From Lepidodermella squamata (taxonomy: Eukaryota > Animalia > Gastrotricha), in assembly GCA_047495785.1 (NCBI GenBank), contig JBLDXI010000032.1, positions 868,001 to 932,000 on the forward strand: 64,000 bases of DNA, written 5' to 3'. Both the position numbers and the translations under genes were made by a program. Positions 49,769-60,730 of this stretch are shown here, piece by piece. Below the pieces are notes generated by a model. It was given only the letters and a program-made list of their open reading frames with translations, ran no database searches and was not told where the DNA came from. Numbering within the stretch: position 1 is the first letter of the stretch; every line of letters begins with the position of its first letter.

Positions 49769-51211
49769 GTAGGCATGTTCACTTGGGGCAATGTATTGCT
49801 CGTAGGTTGCAGAAGCCACGCCTTCCGAATGATGTAAAAACCTATCGATTACCAGCTGCATTGTTCCGGGTAAGCCTGGAATGTTTTGATGGCGAGACGT
49901 AGTTTGCATCATCCTTCGCTGCATCGAAAAATGAAATGCTGGGAGAGCTGGTCTTTCTTTGACCGGCATGGAACGAACGAAATCGTCCCAAAGTACACTC
50001 ACGTGATAGGACAGATGCTGAAACCGTGAGCCATCTTGACGGAGTAGAACGTATTTCGCGCTGGTCGCATCAGCCGGCTTTGGACGATACTTGTTCAGGT
50101 ATTCCTCGTATAGTGCCATCAGTTCCTCATCAAGAGTGACGTAGGGAAAGCACCGTTTGCCGTACTTCGTCTCCAACACGTGTATGGTAGTTGTTCCCGG
50201 GATTTCTGACTTCCGGTTCTCGTATTCTCGCATTGTCATGCCGATGATGCTAGTAGGACGACACCCGTTCAACGCATTCATTTTGACGGCGATTAGAGCG
50301 ATGCGATAAACGTAGGGAACAGATAGTCCAGCCTCTTCCAAGCCTGAAATCGAGTCTCGAATGAAATTGGCGTATTTTGGTGCGGTGAATATTGTAACTT
50401 GGTCGTTAGTTCGTTTATGTTTCAATTGGGCGCTTGCCAAAGACCGCTGTTTGTTCAGCATCAAAATTCGCGGATTCAGGCATTCCTTGACTATACTGTC
50501 ACATGCGGCACGCTCCTCGTCAGTCACTTCTCTCCGATTGCACAAAAATCCGTTCCTGTACATGAGTAGAAAGTCCCGTACAGCCGCCAACCTCATGTAA
50601 GAGGTGTGAGGTGAAACTTTAGTCACCTTTTTCCACCTGCTGGAAACGACATCGGAACTGGCGAAATAGTCGTACCACAACTCGTTATTAAAGACGTCGG
50701 ACATAGTTTTCATTCCAGCTAATTCAAGCGTCATTTTCAAATGAGAGGAACGCGAAGAAACCGTTCGACTGTTTCGTGGTTCTTGAAGCTGTTCAACCAT
50801 GTAATCAGGATCGCCGTACCTTTGCTTGAGCAACAACAATCTCTTCTCCTCCGATTTAGACGAGGAAAATGACTGTATAGATGTGCCAGATTGTTTTTGA
50901 CGTTTGCTAGAACTGCTATCTTTAGGGCGAAACTCCGGTGTTAGAACGGCTTCTACAGCAGGCCCTCGAGCAGAACGAGATCTTGAAGCACGCGTCGTCA
51001 TTGGAGAAACGACGGATTTCGGCACCACAGTTGGTTTAACGGATCGAGACCGTGATTTGCGGCTGGTTGATGCTTTTGGCGAGTCACACTTCTCCGAATT
51101 GTGAACGGAGGATGTTGAGACATCACGTGATGGCCGCGAATTTTCGTCGCTTCTCCCCGACAGCTGAAAATATCTTGAATCGTTAATTTCATCGAGTGAA
51201 TCACTCGGCAT
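49721..51211 (-). CDS. Tyrosine recombinase (lambda-integrase fold, Crypton-like), 496 aa, intronless ORF
   Basis: Catalytic residues in order: NALNGC-R-PTSIIGMT (R), IHVLET-K-YGK (K), FHFSMQ-R-RMMQT (HxxR equivalent), RFLH-H-SEGVASAT-Y (H/W and Y). Helical core-binding-like region upstream and an S/R-rich disordered N-terminus. Confidence 0.85.
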   Translation of the reverse strand: MPSDSLDEINDSRYFQLSGRSDENSRPSRDVSTSSVHNSEKCDSPKASTSRKSRSRSVKPTVVPKSVVSPMTTRASRSRSARGPAVEAVLTPEFRPKDSSSSKRQKQSGTSIQSFSSSKSEEKRLLLLKQRYGDPDYMVEQLQEPRNSRTVSSRSSHLKMTLELAGMKTMSDVFNNELWYDYFASSDVVSSRWKKVTKVSPHTSYMRLAAVRDFLLMYRNGFLCNRREVTDEERAACDSIVKECLNPRILMLNKQRSLASAQLKHKRTNDQVTIFTAPKYANFIRDSISGLEEAGLSVPYVYRIALIAVKMNALNGCRPTSIIGMTMREYENRKSEIPGTTTIHVLETKYGKRCFPYVTLDEELMALYEEYLNKYRPKPADATSAKYVLLRQDGSRFQHLSYHVSVLWDDFVRSMPVKERPALPAFHFSMQRRMMQTTSRHQNIPGLPGTMQLVIDRFLHHSEGVASATYEQYIAPSEHAYALYSRFAGQRSHVHT

Positions 51212-52762
51212 CTCCGCTGAATTTGATTCGCTGAGATCAAAGCTTTCTCCGAGTTGCTGTTAATCGAGTGCTCGTCATTTGAGTCGAGATGAGCAGGCGT
51301 TGAACACCGAACAGGATTATTCCCCTTTGAAAATTTCCAGTTTTAATTTACGCTTTAATCCGGTAAAATTTAGAAAATCTAATTTATTTTATGAAGAATT
51401 CGAAATTTACCTGTAACTGAACCTGATCCGCATCGGCAGCTGCTGCTACCACCAGAAATTGTGATCGAAGCTTGGCGTTCGAATCTTTCACTCGGATTCA
51501 CTCGGATTCACTCGCATTGGCAGAAACTACCATCTTTAGATGATGAGGCTAAGTCGTGATTTGAAGCTGTTTTGCACCGACAAATGCTGTCGTTTGCTGT
51601 CATAAATGAGCGATAATCAGCATGCCCCTGATAATTCGTTGAGTTGATGGCTTGCGATGGGATCGGAGCGAGTAAGATTTCAGCTTTAGCCAGTTCGAAA
51701 GCATTAGGACCATGAGCCTTAGCGCGAATGCAGTAATTCATTATGTGACGCTTGAGAATCTTGGACGAATATTTTCGATGGCAGAATACTCGCGAACCGC
51801 ATTTCTCTTTATTCGATTCCGTCGCTTATACGGGAGATGAGCCGCGAAACGACCATTGCTCGAACGACTGGGCTCTCGAGAATCGAATGGAGAAGAAGAA
51901 ATTTTCATTGATTAGCCGAAAAAAGTCGTATTTAAAATCTAAGGGGAAAAATAGTAATTATGAGCATAGCATTTTATTTCGAGATACCCTTGAGCTAAAA
52001 AAATGTTCCGATATACATAAAAACCAGTGGAACAATGTTCTACGCGGGCGGGAGAATCTCGAGATAAAAGAAACAAAGCATTAGTGATGGTTAAAAACGT
52101 GATATTGAGTAACAAGCGGTAGAGTTAAATGTTCAATTATTCGGGCTAATAATATTAAAAAACAGGGGCGACCGCATTCATTTAAATTTTGATTTAAATA
52201 AAAAACCTCATTTTAAATATTGGTCGTAGTGCAATCTCATTGGTAATGCCGCTTCTACAGGTCATTCAACATTCAAAGTTTGGCGGTTTTTCGATCGAGA
52301 ATTTGCGGAAAAAATAAGATCCAACCATTTTTACGACAAATTTCTAGTTAACATTCCGCCTTATTTAAATTAGAACCTAAGATGAGCCAATAATAGCTTC
52401 TGAATTTGCTCGTAAAATATCCCTAATTCGCTAATTATATTTTTCAGCTAAAAAAATAAGCTTTTTTAATTAGAGGCGCAATTTTTCGAATTTAAAAAAA
52501 ATTGCAAATCGATTCGTTGGCGCTGAAAAATTCCTGCTAGTCTCTCGCATAAAATAACGCAAACTTCCGTTCACCTTACTAGTGGTTAGTATTTGATACG
52601 AACAGAAAAGTTGAGAAGAATGACCAGGCCGATTCGATCAGTTTTATAAGGAAAATAAGACAAATTATTAGAAACTAATCATTTTCGTCTCCTGGCAGAA
52701 ACACGCTTCCCACAATTTCCACATCCCACACAGCTTTGTTGCTGTTCTTCAGGAATCTTGTC

Positions 52763-53777
52763 TCAATTCAAATCAGTCGATTCAGATGGGAAGTGAACAG
52801 TTTTGTTTTTCTTGAATGTTCTACGCACGGCCAATGAGAAAGTAGACCAGAAAAGGGCCACAACGTTGCCGAAGTAGTAGAAGCACATGAAAGTTTTCAG
52901 TCCGAAGGTGAGAAACAGAATAATATAACGTAAACTAATCGAGACTGTGTAATAATCGAGGTAAACATATGACAATATTTTCCCAAGCCAATATGAAACT
53001 ATCCGCGTGTAAAATAATTCCATGAGTAAGTTAATTACCACCGCTAGAAACCCGACCTGTGACTCCTTGTAAATCGCTAAAATAAGAAGTGCAACTTGAG
53101 GAATGTAGTGCGTAGCAGTAAAAACTGGTTCGAACTCGTAAAATGGCCAGAAATGGCACACCAGAAATTGAAAAAGACGAAATTTACTGAGATATTTGAA
53201 AATACCCGACGCAATTTGCGATGCTTTAGTTCCAGCAGACCGATAGGATTCAAGATCAAATAAGCTTTCAGATAGTGCGAAACTCGAAATATTTGTGGCT
53301 AAATAGGCGCATATAGGGCGAATTACGCTAAATGCTGTAGCCCAAGTTCTGATATTATCTTCTGGAAGCTCGAGAACGCAAGAAATCGAAGAGCAAGAAT
53401 TTTTCACGAGGCAACCTAGCATCTTGATAGACAACTCGTCCCAGACTACCGTCGAGAGAGGCCATTCGCAGATTTTTTCAGCTTAAAAAAATTGATATTT
53501 AGAATTTCAATCGAAATTTAAACACTCACCTGTCGAAGTGAAATTAGCTATGCATGAATTCGTACCGAATTTGTACGATTTGTAGTACTGCATACCAGTG
53601 ATCAGCTCGAACGTTTCCGGGGCTTGATTATTGGTGTGGTCAGACGTGTCCCTTTTTCTGATGACATGGTCGACAGCATCATCGTCAAGCTTGAACAGGT
53701 CGAGCAGATGAAACTCTTCGGCAGCAGGATCACGAGTGGCCAGCCATGGCGAACAGAAGCAACAATCCCGGCAACAT
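52763..53777 (-). CDS. Orphan multi-pass membrane protein, probably frameshifted near the signal peptide; exons ~53777-53530, 53482-52763
   Basis: Signal-like MLPGLLLLFAM is out of frame with the downstream DPAAEEFHLL...IRKRD...SCIANFTST|AEKICEWP reading, which splices into the 223-aa ORF with Cys-rich luminal part and ~5 hydrophobic helices. Confidence 0.55.
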
Positions 53778-54227
53778 TATTTTTCAAGAGAAAAACAGTC
53801 TAAAAGGAAAAAACACTAATTAACAACGCCTTGGAATCATTAGAAAATTTGGAAATTGATTTATATTGCCTCAGATTAATTTGTAGATCAGATAAGCAGT
53901 TATATTACATATAATGAATCTATTGTTTTGCACCTGCATAGAAATTCATAGATAGATTGAGCTATGCTTTTTTCGCCTTGTTATAATATTGATTAGCCTC
54001 AAATGTTCACTATATAATCACGATATTTAGGCCGAGGTCAGATGATTCTTCCGAGAAGAATACCGCAAAAGATTGCCATTAGGAGATGAGCCAGGTAGAT
54101 TTCGGCTGCCATAGTGACGTCGGTTTTTGAAGTTGGCGCCGTTAATCTAAATAGAGAAGTGTCCATGTTAGAATAACGTAATAGCTCGGAAGCATTCATG
54201 ACTAAAAAATATTAACAAAAAATAACT

Positions 54228-54545
54228 TTAGCATCTTGAATGAATTATATCGGAATTGGAGCGCCTGTCCAACAAGCGATGTCCGCCGGTGGCTTTCTTG
54301 CATCGAATACGTTGGCAGAAACAAGCAAACAACACCGCGGCCATTGCGATTAAGGTGACAACGAAGCAAATAATTACGACTTCGTAAACGTGGGTGTCAC
54401 ACGAGAAAGTCTTGGGGAAAAAAGAGGAGCTATCGCTTTGATTACGAGGTGTATCGGCGATTGACGGAGCCGAACTGTTTTTCAAATCGCCAACAGGGCT
54501 ACCGGCGAACCAGGCGGAGGGATTGAAGGGATTAAAAACACGCAT
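54228..54545 (-). CDS. Small single-pass membrane protein (105 aa), unknown
   Basis: ATG-initiated ORF with one TM (VVIICFVVTLIAMAAVLFACFC) followed by Cys/basic juxtamembrane residues. No family recognised. Confidence 0.4.
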   Translation of the reverse strand: MRVFNPFNPSAWFAGSPVGDLKNSSAPSIADTPRNQSDSSSFFPKTFSCDTHVYEVVIICFVVTLIAMAAVLFACFCQRIRCKKATGGHRLLDRRSNSDIIHSRC

Positions 54546-55104
54546 CGCAGATAACAGTTATTATTTACGCCGGTCTGAATCAATAGCAACTGCGACGGAT
54601 ATTCTATTAATTACAGGAACAGAGTGTCTAAATAACAGGTGAACAATGCGGATGTGCAACGTTTTCTGACTTTTTGAAAATTTCCGACTCACCTGCTGTC
54701 ATGATAGGTGTACTTAGAGTCTCGTTATACCGCGTAATGATAGTGCGCGTGTCGGCCGAAGCGGCCTGCGCGCTTCCTCGGTGTTGCGTCTTTTGAGTAA
54801 TGAGACGTCTGTCTTTCGTGCGCGCTCAAGTCGCCGCCCGCCGCGCCGATTACGCGGACTTTTTCGCGCTTATACCGCTATCTGTGTTATTCAATACTTG
54901 ACCGGCCGCCGGGGGCCGCTGTTCAATGTGCGCCGCTGCTTTCGTGTGCTTATTAGCAAACCAATTGAATATTTCGGGAGTGAAAACATTAAAAAAAATG
55001 AATCAAAATTAACCGTAATTAATATACAATGTCTCAATTTTTATTGTTTCATTGACCCAATCAATAAATTCGAATTAAAAATAATTTCCGCGGCACATTG
55101 AGAG

Positions 55105-55146
55105 ATGCCGCAGAGGTGCCGCAGTGGTGCCGCAGTGGTGCCGCAC
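55105..55146 (+). repeat. Short tandem repeat, (GGTGCCGCAGT)-type unit x4
   Basis: GATGCCGCAGAGGTGCCGCAGTGGTGCCGCAGTGGTGCCGCA. Confidence 0.85.
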
Positions 55147-55357
55147 GGTTTATCAGACCACATTGAGATACGGCCTCAAGCCCCGGGTCGGAGGGGCCTT
55201 TTACTAACTTATCTTTTCTGCGTTCTTGCTTGCAGCATTTCACCCTAGTGCTCGATAAGATATAGAAAATAAACATCTAGATAAGCACCTGCTCTGTTCG
55301 CCCCGACAGTCTGTATTTTTGCTGTTTTGCGGTGCTCACAGTTTATGCTCGAGGAGA

Positions 55358-58300
55358 ATGGTCCAAAGGTTTCAATCATTCGGTGAGTTAACCAAAATCA
55401 GATGCCTGGGCAGTGGCGCTTTCGGATCTGTTTGGCACTGCAAGGCTAAAGACGATATCGCGGACTACGCTGTTAAGGTGGTCAATCTCAGCGCGACTCG
55501 ACGAAATTATGAGCAGAAAGATCGGATTATGGCTGAGAAACTAGTCAAATTGGCCCGCAATGAGGTTGTTTGGTCATAATACAATAAAACAACCGTTACT
55601 ATGGATTCATTCTACCAGCATGTCAAGCTGCAAAATTTGAGGCACGCAAGCATAGTCGCGCTGTACGGAGCGTTTGAAGGTTAGGTGAAGACTTGGAAGA
55701 TTAATAGTAGAAATCCATCACATTTTTCGAAATGTTTTCCCAGATCTTTTGTTTGAAATTGATGATACGAACCAAAACAAGAACATAATATGGCACGTGG
55801 ATGACGAGATGTACTACCTCGTCACAGAGTTCTGTCCTGGCGGAGATTTGGAAGCTTACACTAAACAAACCAAACAAAACAATGAAACTATTGCAGAAAC
55901 GTTTTTAACGCATTTGGCCCGCCAATTAGTATCGGCCGTAGGCTGTCTGCATCAATGTGGAGCACTCCATCGGGATATCAAGCCAAAAAACATTTTCCTA
56001 TGTGAAGATGGGAAAACTGTCAAATTGGGCGATTTTGGATTCGCGAAAATCTACAATGGGTGAACATTTCCTGCATTGCACCTGCGATAACGGCTTATCG
56101 TATTACTTTTCAGCTCGTCAAGCAGTACGACCTTTGGACTCGGAACGCCGATTTACGCCGCACCCGAAATTTTTAGTAAGGAGCAGCACTCACCTGCCAG
56201 TGATTGGTGGTCTCTCGGGGTCACGTTGTTCGAAGTGGCCTATCTTCGCCTACCTGTAAATAAAAAATAAAAAATGCAAATCATAATTGATTTTCATAAT
56301 TTTTACAGTTCGAAACAACTTCTGATATTATTAGGTACGTTAAAAGACCTGTACTGCTCTTTGAATATCCTCAATAAGATTCATATCTGAACAAGACTTA
56401 TGAAAGATTTTTCTAACAATTGATGTATCTTTCTTATTAAGGGAATCAGCGCAGCCAAAATTCGACGATCTCAGATTTTCGCAAGACTTCCGGAACTTCT
56501 TGCTATCTATGCTACACAAAAACAGATCAAGAAGAGCTAACGTGGAGGAATTACTAGCCAGCCCTTTCTTGACGTCGAACCTACGAAGAGGGAATACATC
56601 CAACCCATCGAACAATACCAGCACTGCAATCGATTCTGAAGCGGCGTTGAAAGTGAGCTAATACATTGATGATATATTGCGGTAAACATTTCAACATTCA
56701 AACTGTTACCACTCACAGCTGCTATTTAAATACTCAAGGCAACGAAAAATGCTGCCGGAAATTGTGAAGTTGCTGAACAATAGTCAATTGGATGTAAACA
56801 GTAGAAACGACGACGGCTTCACGCCATTGATGATAGCCGCGCAAGAAGGATTCCACGAATTTATGAAGCCATTGGTAGAAAAAGGGGCCAACGTCGATTT
56901 AGTGGACGAGCTTGGCAGAACGTCGCTCTACATAGCTGCTAAAAATGGTCATTTCAAAGTTGTGCAAGTTCTTGCCACAGATTTAAGAGCGAATGTCGGA
57001 GCAACTGGGGACGGCGGGGCGTCGCCGTTATGCATCGCCGCAGAGAACGGTCACTTGAAACTCGTGAAGCTCCTTGCTCGCGAATTCGAAGCCAACGTAA
57101 ATGCTGCAACAGATGATGGTGCTACGCCGTTATACGTCGCTGCTCAAAATGGTCACTCAGAGATCGTGAACCTTCTCGCAGGAAACTTCGAAGCAGATGT
57201 GAATGCACCGGACAAAAATGGTGTTACGCCGTTACACTTAGCTTCATATAGTAACGACTTGGAAGTAGTGAAGCTTCTCGCTGGAAACTTCAATGCTAAC
57301 GTAAATGCTGCAACGGATGATGGTGCTACGCCTTTATACATAGCTGCTCAGAATGGTCATATCGAAATCGTGAAACTTCTCGCTGGAGACTTCCAAGCCA
57401 ATGTGAATGCAGCGAACAAAAATGGTGTTACGCCGTTACACTTAGCTTTGTATAGTAACGACTTGGAAAGTGTGAAGCTTCTCGCTGGAAACTTCAATGC
57501 TAACGTAAATGCTGCAACGGATGATGGCGATACGCCTTTATACATCGCTGCTCAGAAAGGTCATTTGGAAATCGTGAGGCTTCTTGCTGATGAATTCAAA
57601 GCCGATGTGAATGCAACGAACAAAAATGGTGTTACGCCTTTACACGTCGCTGCTCAGAAAGGTCATTTGGAAATCGTGATGCTCCTCGCTGATGAATTCA
57701 AAGCCGACTTTAATGTGACGACGAATAATGGTGGTACGCCGTTACACATCGCTGCTCAAAATGGTCACTCAGAGATCGTGAACCTTCTCGCAGGAAACTT
57801 CAAAGCAGATGTGAATGCAGCGAACAAAAATGGTGTTACGCCGTTACACTTAGCTTCATATAGTAACGACTTGGAAGTAGTGAAGCTTCTCGCTGGAAAC
57901 TTCACTGCCAACGTAAATGCTGCCATGGATGATGGCGATACGCCGTTATTCATCGCTGCTCAGATTGGTCATTTGGAAATCGTGAGGCTTCTTGCTGATG
58001 AATTTGAAGCTGATGTGAATGCAGCGAACAAAAATGGTGCTACGCCTTTATACGTCGCTGCTCAGAATGGTCATTTGGAAATCGTGAGGCTCCTTGCTGA
58101 TGAATTCAAAGCTGATGTAAATGCTGCCATGGATGATGGTGCTACGCCTTTATACGTCGCTGCTCAGAATGGTCATTTGGAAATCGTGAGGCTCCTTGCT
58201 GATGAATTCAAAGCTGATGTAAATGCTGCCATGGATGATGGTGCTACGCCGTTATTCATCGCTGCTTACAATGGTCATTTGGAAATCGTGAGGCTCCTTG

Positions 58301-59653
58301 CTGATGAATTCAAAGCTGATGTAGATGCTGCAACGGATGATGTTGCTACGCCTTTATACGTCGCTGCTCAGAATGGTCATTTGGAAATCGTGAGGCTTCT
58401 TGCTGATGAATTTGAAGCTGATGTGAATGCAGCGAACAAAAATGGTGCTACGCCGTTACACGTCGCTGCTCAGAATGGTCATTTGGAAATCGTGAGGCTC
58501 CTTGCTGATGAATTCAAAGCTGATGTAGATGCTGCAACGGATGATGTTGCTACGCCTTTATACGTCGCTGCTCAGAATGGTCATTTGGAAATCGTGAGGC
58601 TTCTTGCTGATGAATTTGAAGCTGATGTGAATGCAGCGAACAAAAATGGTGCTACGCCTTTATACGTCGCTGCTCAGAATGGTCATTTGGAAATCGTGAG
58701 GCTTCTTGCTGATGAATTTGAAGCTGATGTGAATGCAGCGAACAAAAATGGTGCTACGCCGTTATACGTCGCTGCTCAGAATGGTCATTTGGAAATCGTG
58801 AGGCTCCTTGCTGATGAATTCAAAGCTGATGTGAATGCAGCGAACAAAAATGGTGTTACGCCGTTACACTTAGCTTCATATAGTAACGACTTGGAAGTAG
58901 TGAAGCTTCTCGCTGGAAACTTCACTGCCAACGTAAATGCTGCCATGGATGATGGCGATACGCCGTTATTCATCGCTGCTCAGATTGGTCATTTGGAAAT
59001 CGTGAGGCTTCTTGCTGATGAATTTGAAGCTGATGTGAATGCAGCGAACAAAAATGGTGCTACGCCGTTACACGTCGCTGCTCAGAATGGTCATTTGGAA
59101 ATCGTGAGGCTCCTTGCTGATGAATTCAAAGCTGATGTAGATGCTGCAACGGATGATGTTGCTACGCCTTTATACGTCGCTCGCTGCTCAGAATGGTCAT
59201 TTGGAAATCGTGAGGCTTCTTGCTGATGAATTTGAAGCTGATGTGAATGCAGCGAACAAAAATGGTGCTACGCCTTTATACGTCGCTGCTCAGAATGGTC
59301 ATTTGGAAATCGTGAGGCTTCTTGCTGATGAATTTGAAGCTGATGTGAATGCAGCGAACAAAAATGGTGCTACGCAGTTATACGTCGCTGCTCAGAATGG
59401 TCATTTGGAAATCGTGAGGCTCCTTGCTGATGAATTCAAAGCTGATGTAAATGCTGCCATGGATGATAACGATACGCCGTTATGCATCGCTGCTCAGAAT
59501 GGTCATTTGGAAATCGTGAGGCTTCTTGCTGATGAATTCAAAGCCGATGTGAATGCAACGAACAAAAATGGTGCTACGCCGTTATGCATCGCTGCTCAGA
59601 ATGGTCATTTGGAAATCGTGAAGCTTCTGGCTGGAGGCTCAATTCCGATGTGA
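55358..59653 (+). CDS. Ser/Thr protein kinase (NEK-like) fused to ~28 ankyrin repeats; exons 55358-55564, 55619-55679, 55744-56059, 56114-56255, 56309-56334, 56442-56652, 56720-end; 4-bp frameshift at ~59181
   Basis: GSGAFG, YAVK, NE|[27 protein letters not shown] and the subdomain XI Arg are all intact and splice in phase into 34-aa GxTPLxxAAxNGHLEIVxLL repeats. TCGC is duplicated at 59177-59184. Confidence 0.9.
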
Positions 59654-59670
59654 ATGCAGCGAACAAATTT
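56800..59670 (+). repeat. Coding tandem array of 102-bp ankyrin units with very high internal identity
   Basis: Repeated GCTGCTCAGAATGGTCATTTGGAAATCGTGAGGCT...GCTGATG. The block at ~57810-58050 recurs at +1020 bp (~58830-59070). Confidence 0.95.
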
Positions 59671-60730
59671 TATCACTTCCAGAGCTCTATACCACGTTGA
59701 TTGATGAATTAGTTAATTAGTTGATGAATTGATGAGATGAGTGAGTACAATACAAATTCCAGCATGAACGCCGTCAGCATTATCAGTAGAATGATATCAT
59801 GATAATTTTTATATTTTAGGACCTCTATGTGTTGCAACCCATGGATCTTGTTTTCTGTAATGTCCTGATTTTTCACTAAAAGCTGCGCAGATCAAAAAGC
59901 TGCTGACCTAATGCGGTGAAGCCATATCGCCTTAACACTTGGATACCTTAAGAAAGGTCCGAATCACTTTTCACGTCTCGTATGTACGCTCCTCCCAAAG
60001 TTGCCCAAGGTTCAACATAAAGGCAGTGTTTTCTGATGTTTTGTGCTCCGATTCAGGTCAATGATATCCGTTTTCTACCGATAATTTATCTAATTAGGCC
60101 ATGAAATTCTGTAGATCCTCAACGCGACCAAGCTACTTATCGCCATCATAGATCGCCATCAAATTAAAGCCAGAATAAATAAGCAAAAACTTTCAACTTT
60201 TATTGTAATTTTTTTCGTCACATTTTTAGCTTGAGCAAAAAAGAGCATTTTTAGGAAATGAGCGAGTATAATAATAGCAATAATAATAATAATAATAATA
60301 AAATGACGCGTCCTTGCACGATATTACAACAATAATCACTGCCAGCAGGTGCTTAGCAACAGCGACAATAAACAACAATCGTTATTTACACAGCAAGAAA
60401 GAAACAAAACAAATCCGGAAGCTGCGACTTTTAATTGAGGTGTTAATTAAATTAAAAGCCGCGAAAAAAAGCGCCACGCACTTCTTGTTATCGTACAATA
60501 ACATAGATATTGCCCGAGCATGATGATGACAAGATTAGGAAAGAGGAAGAAGAAGAAGTCATGGTTTATAATAGAGGGTGACTGGAAAAGAGAACAAGCG
60601 AATTCTAAGCTAAAATTTGAGCTGCTATCAGTTCTAACATTTCAAGGTAGAAAAAGCGATATACGTTGAGATTGTCAACATATACCCTATAATAATATAA
60701 TTTTTTTTAATAATTACTTAATAATTTTTT

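Noticed and set aside
49187-51211. Protelomerase plus telRL-type hairpin telomere system
   Set aside because: The palindrome has a ~100-bp non-palindromic centre and a 3-bp flanking duplication interrupting the ORF, unlike a perfect-axis tel site; no protelomerase-specific motif recognised.
56800-59670. Regular repeat array considered as CRISPR-like
   Set aside because: Units are contiguous 102-bp in-frame ankyrin codons with no unique spacers and no cas genes; eukaryotic context.
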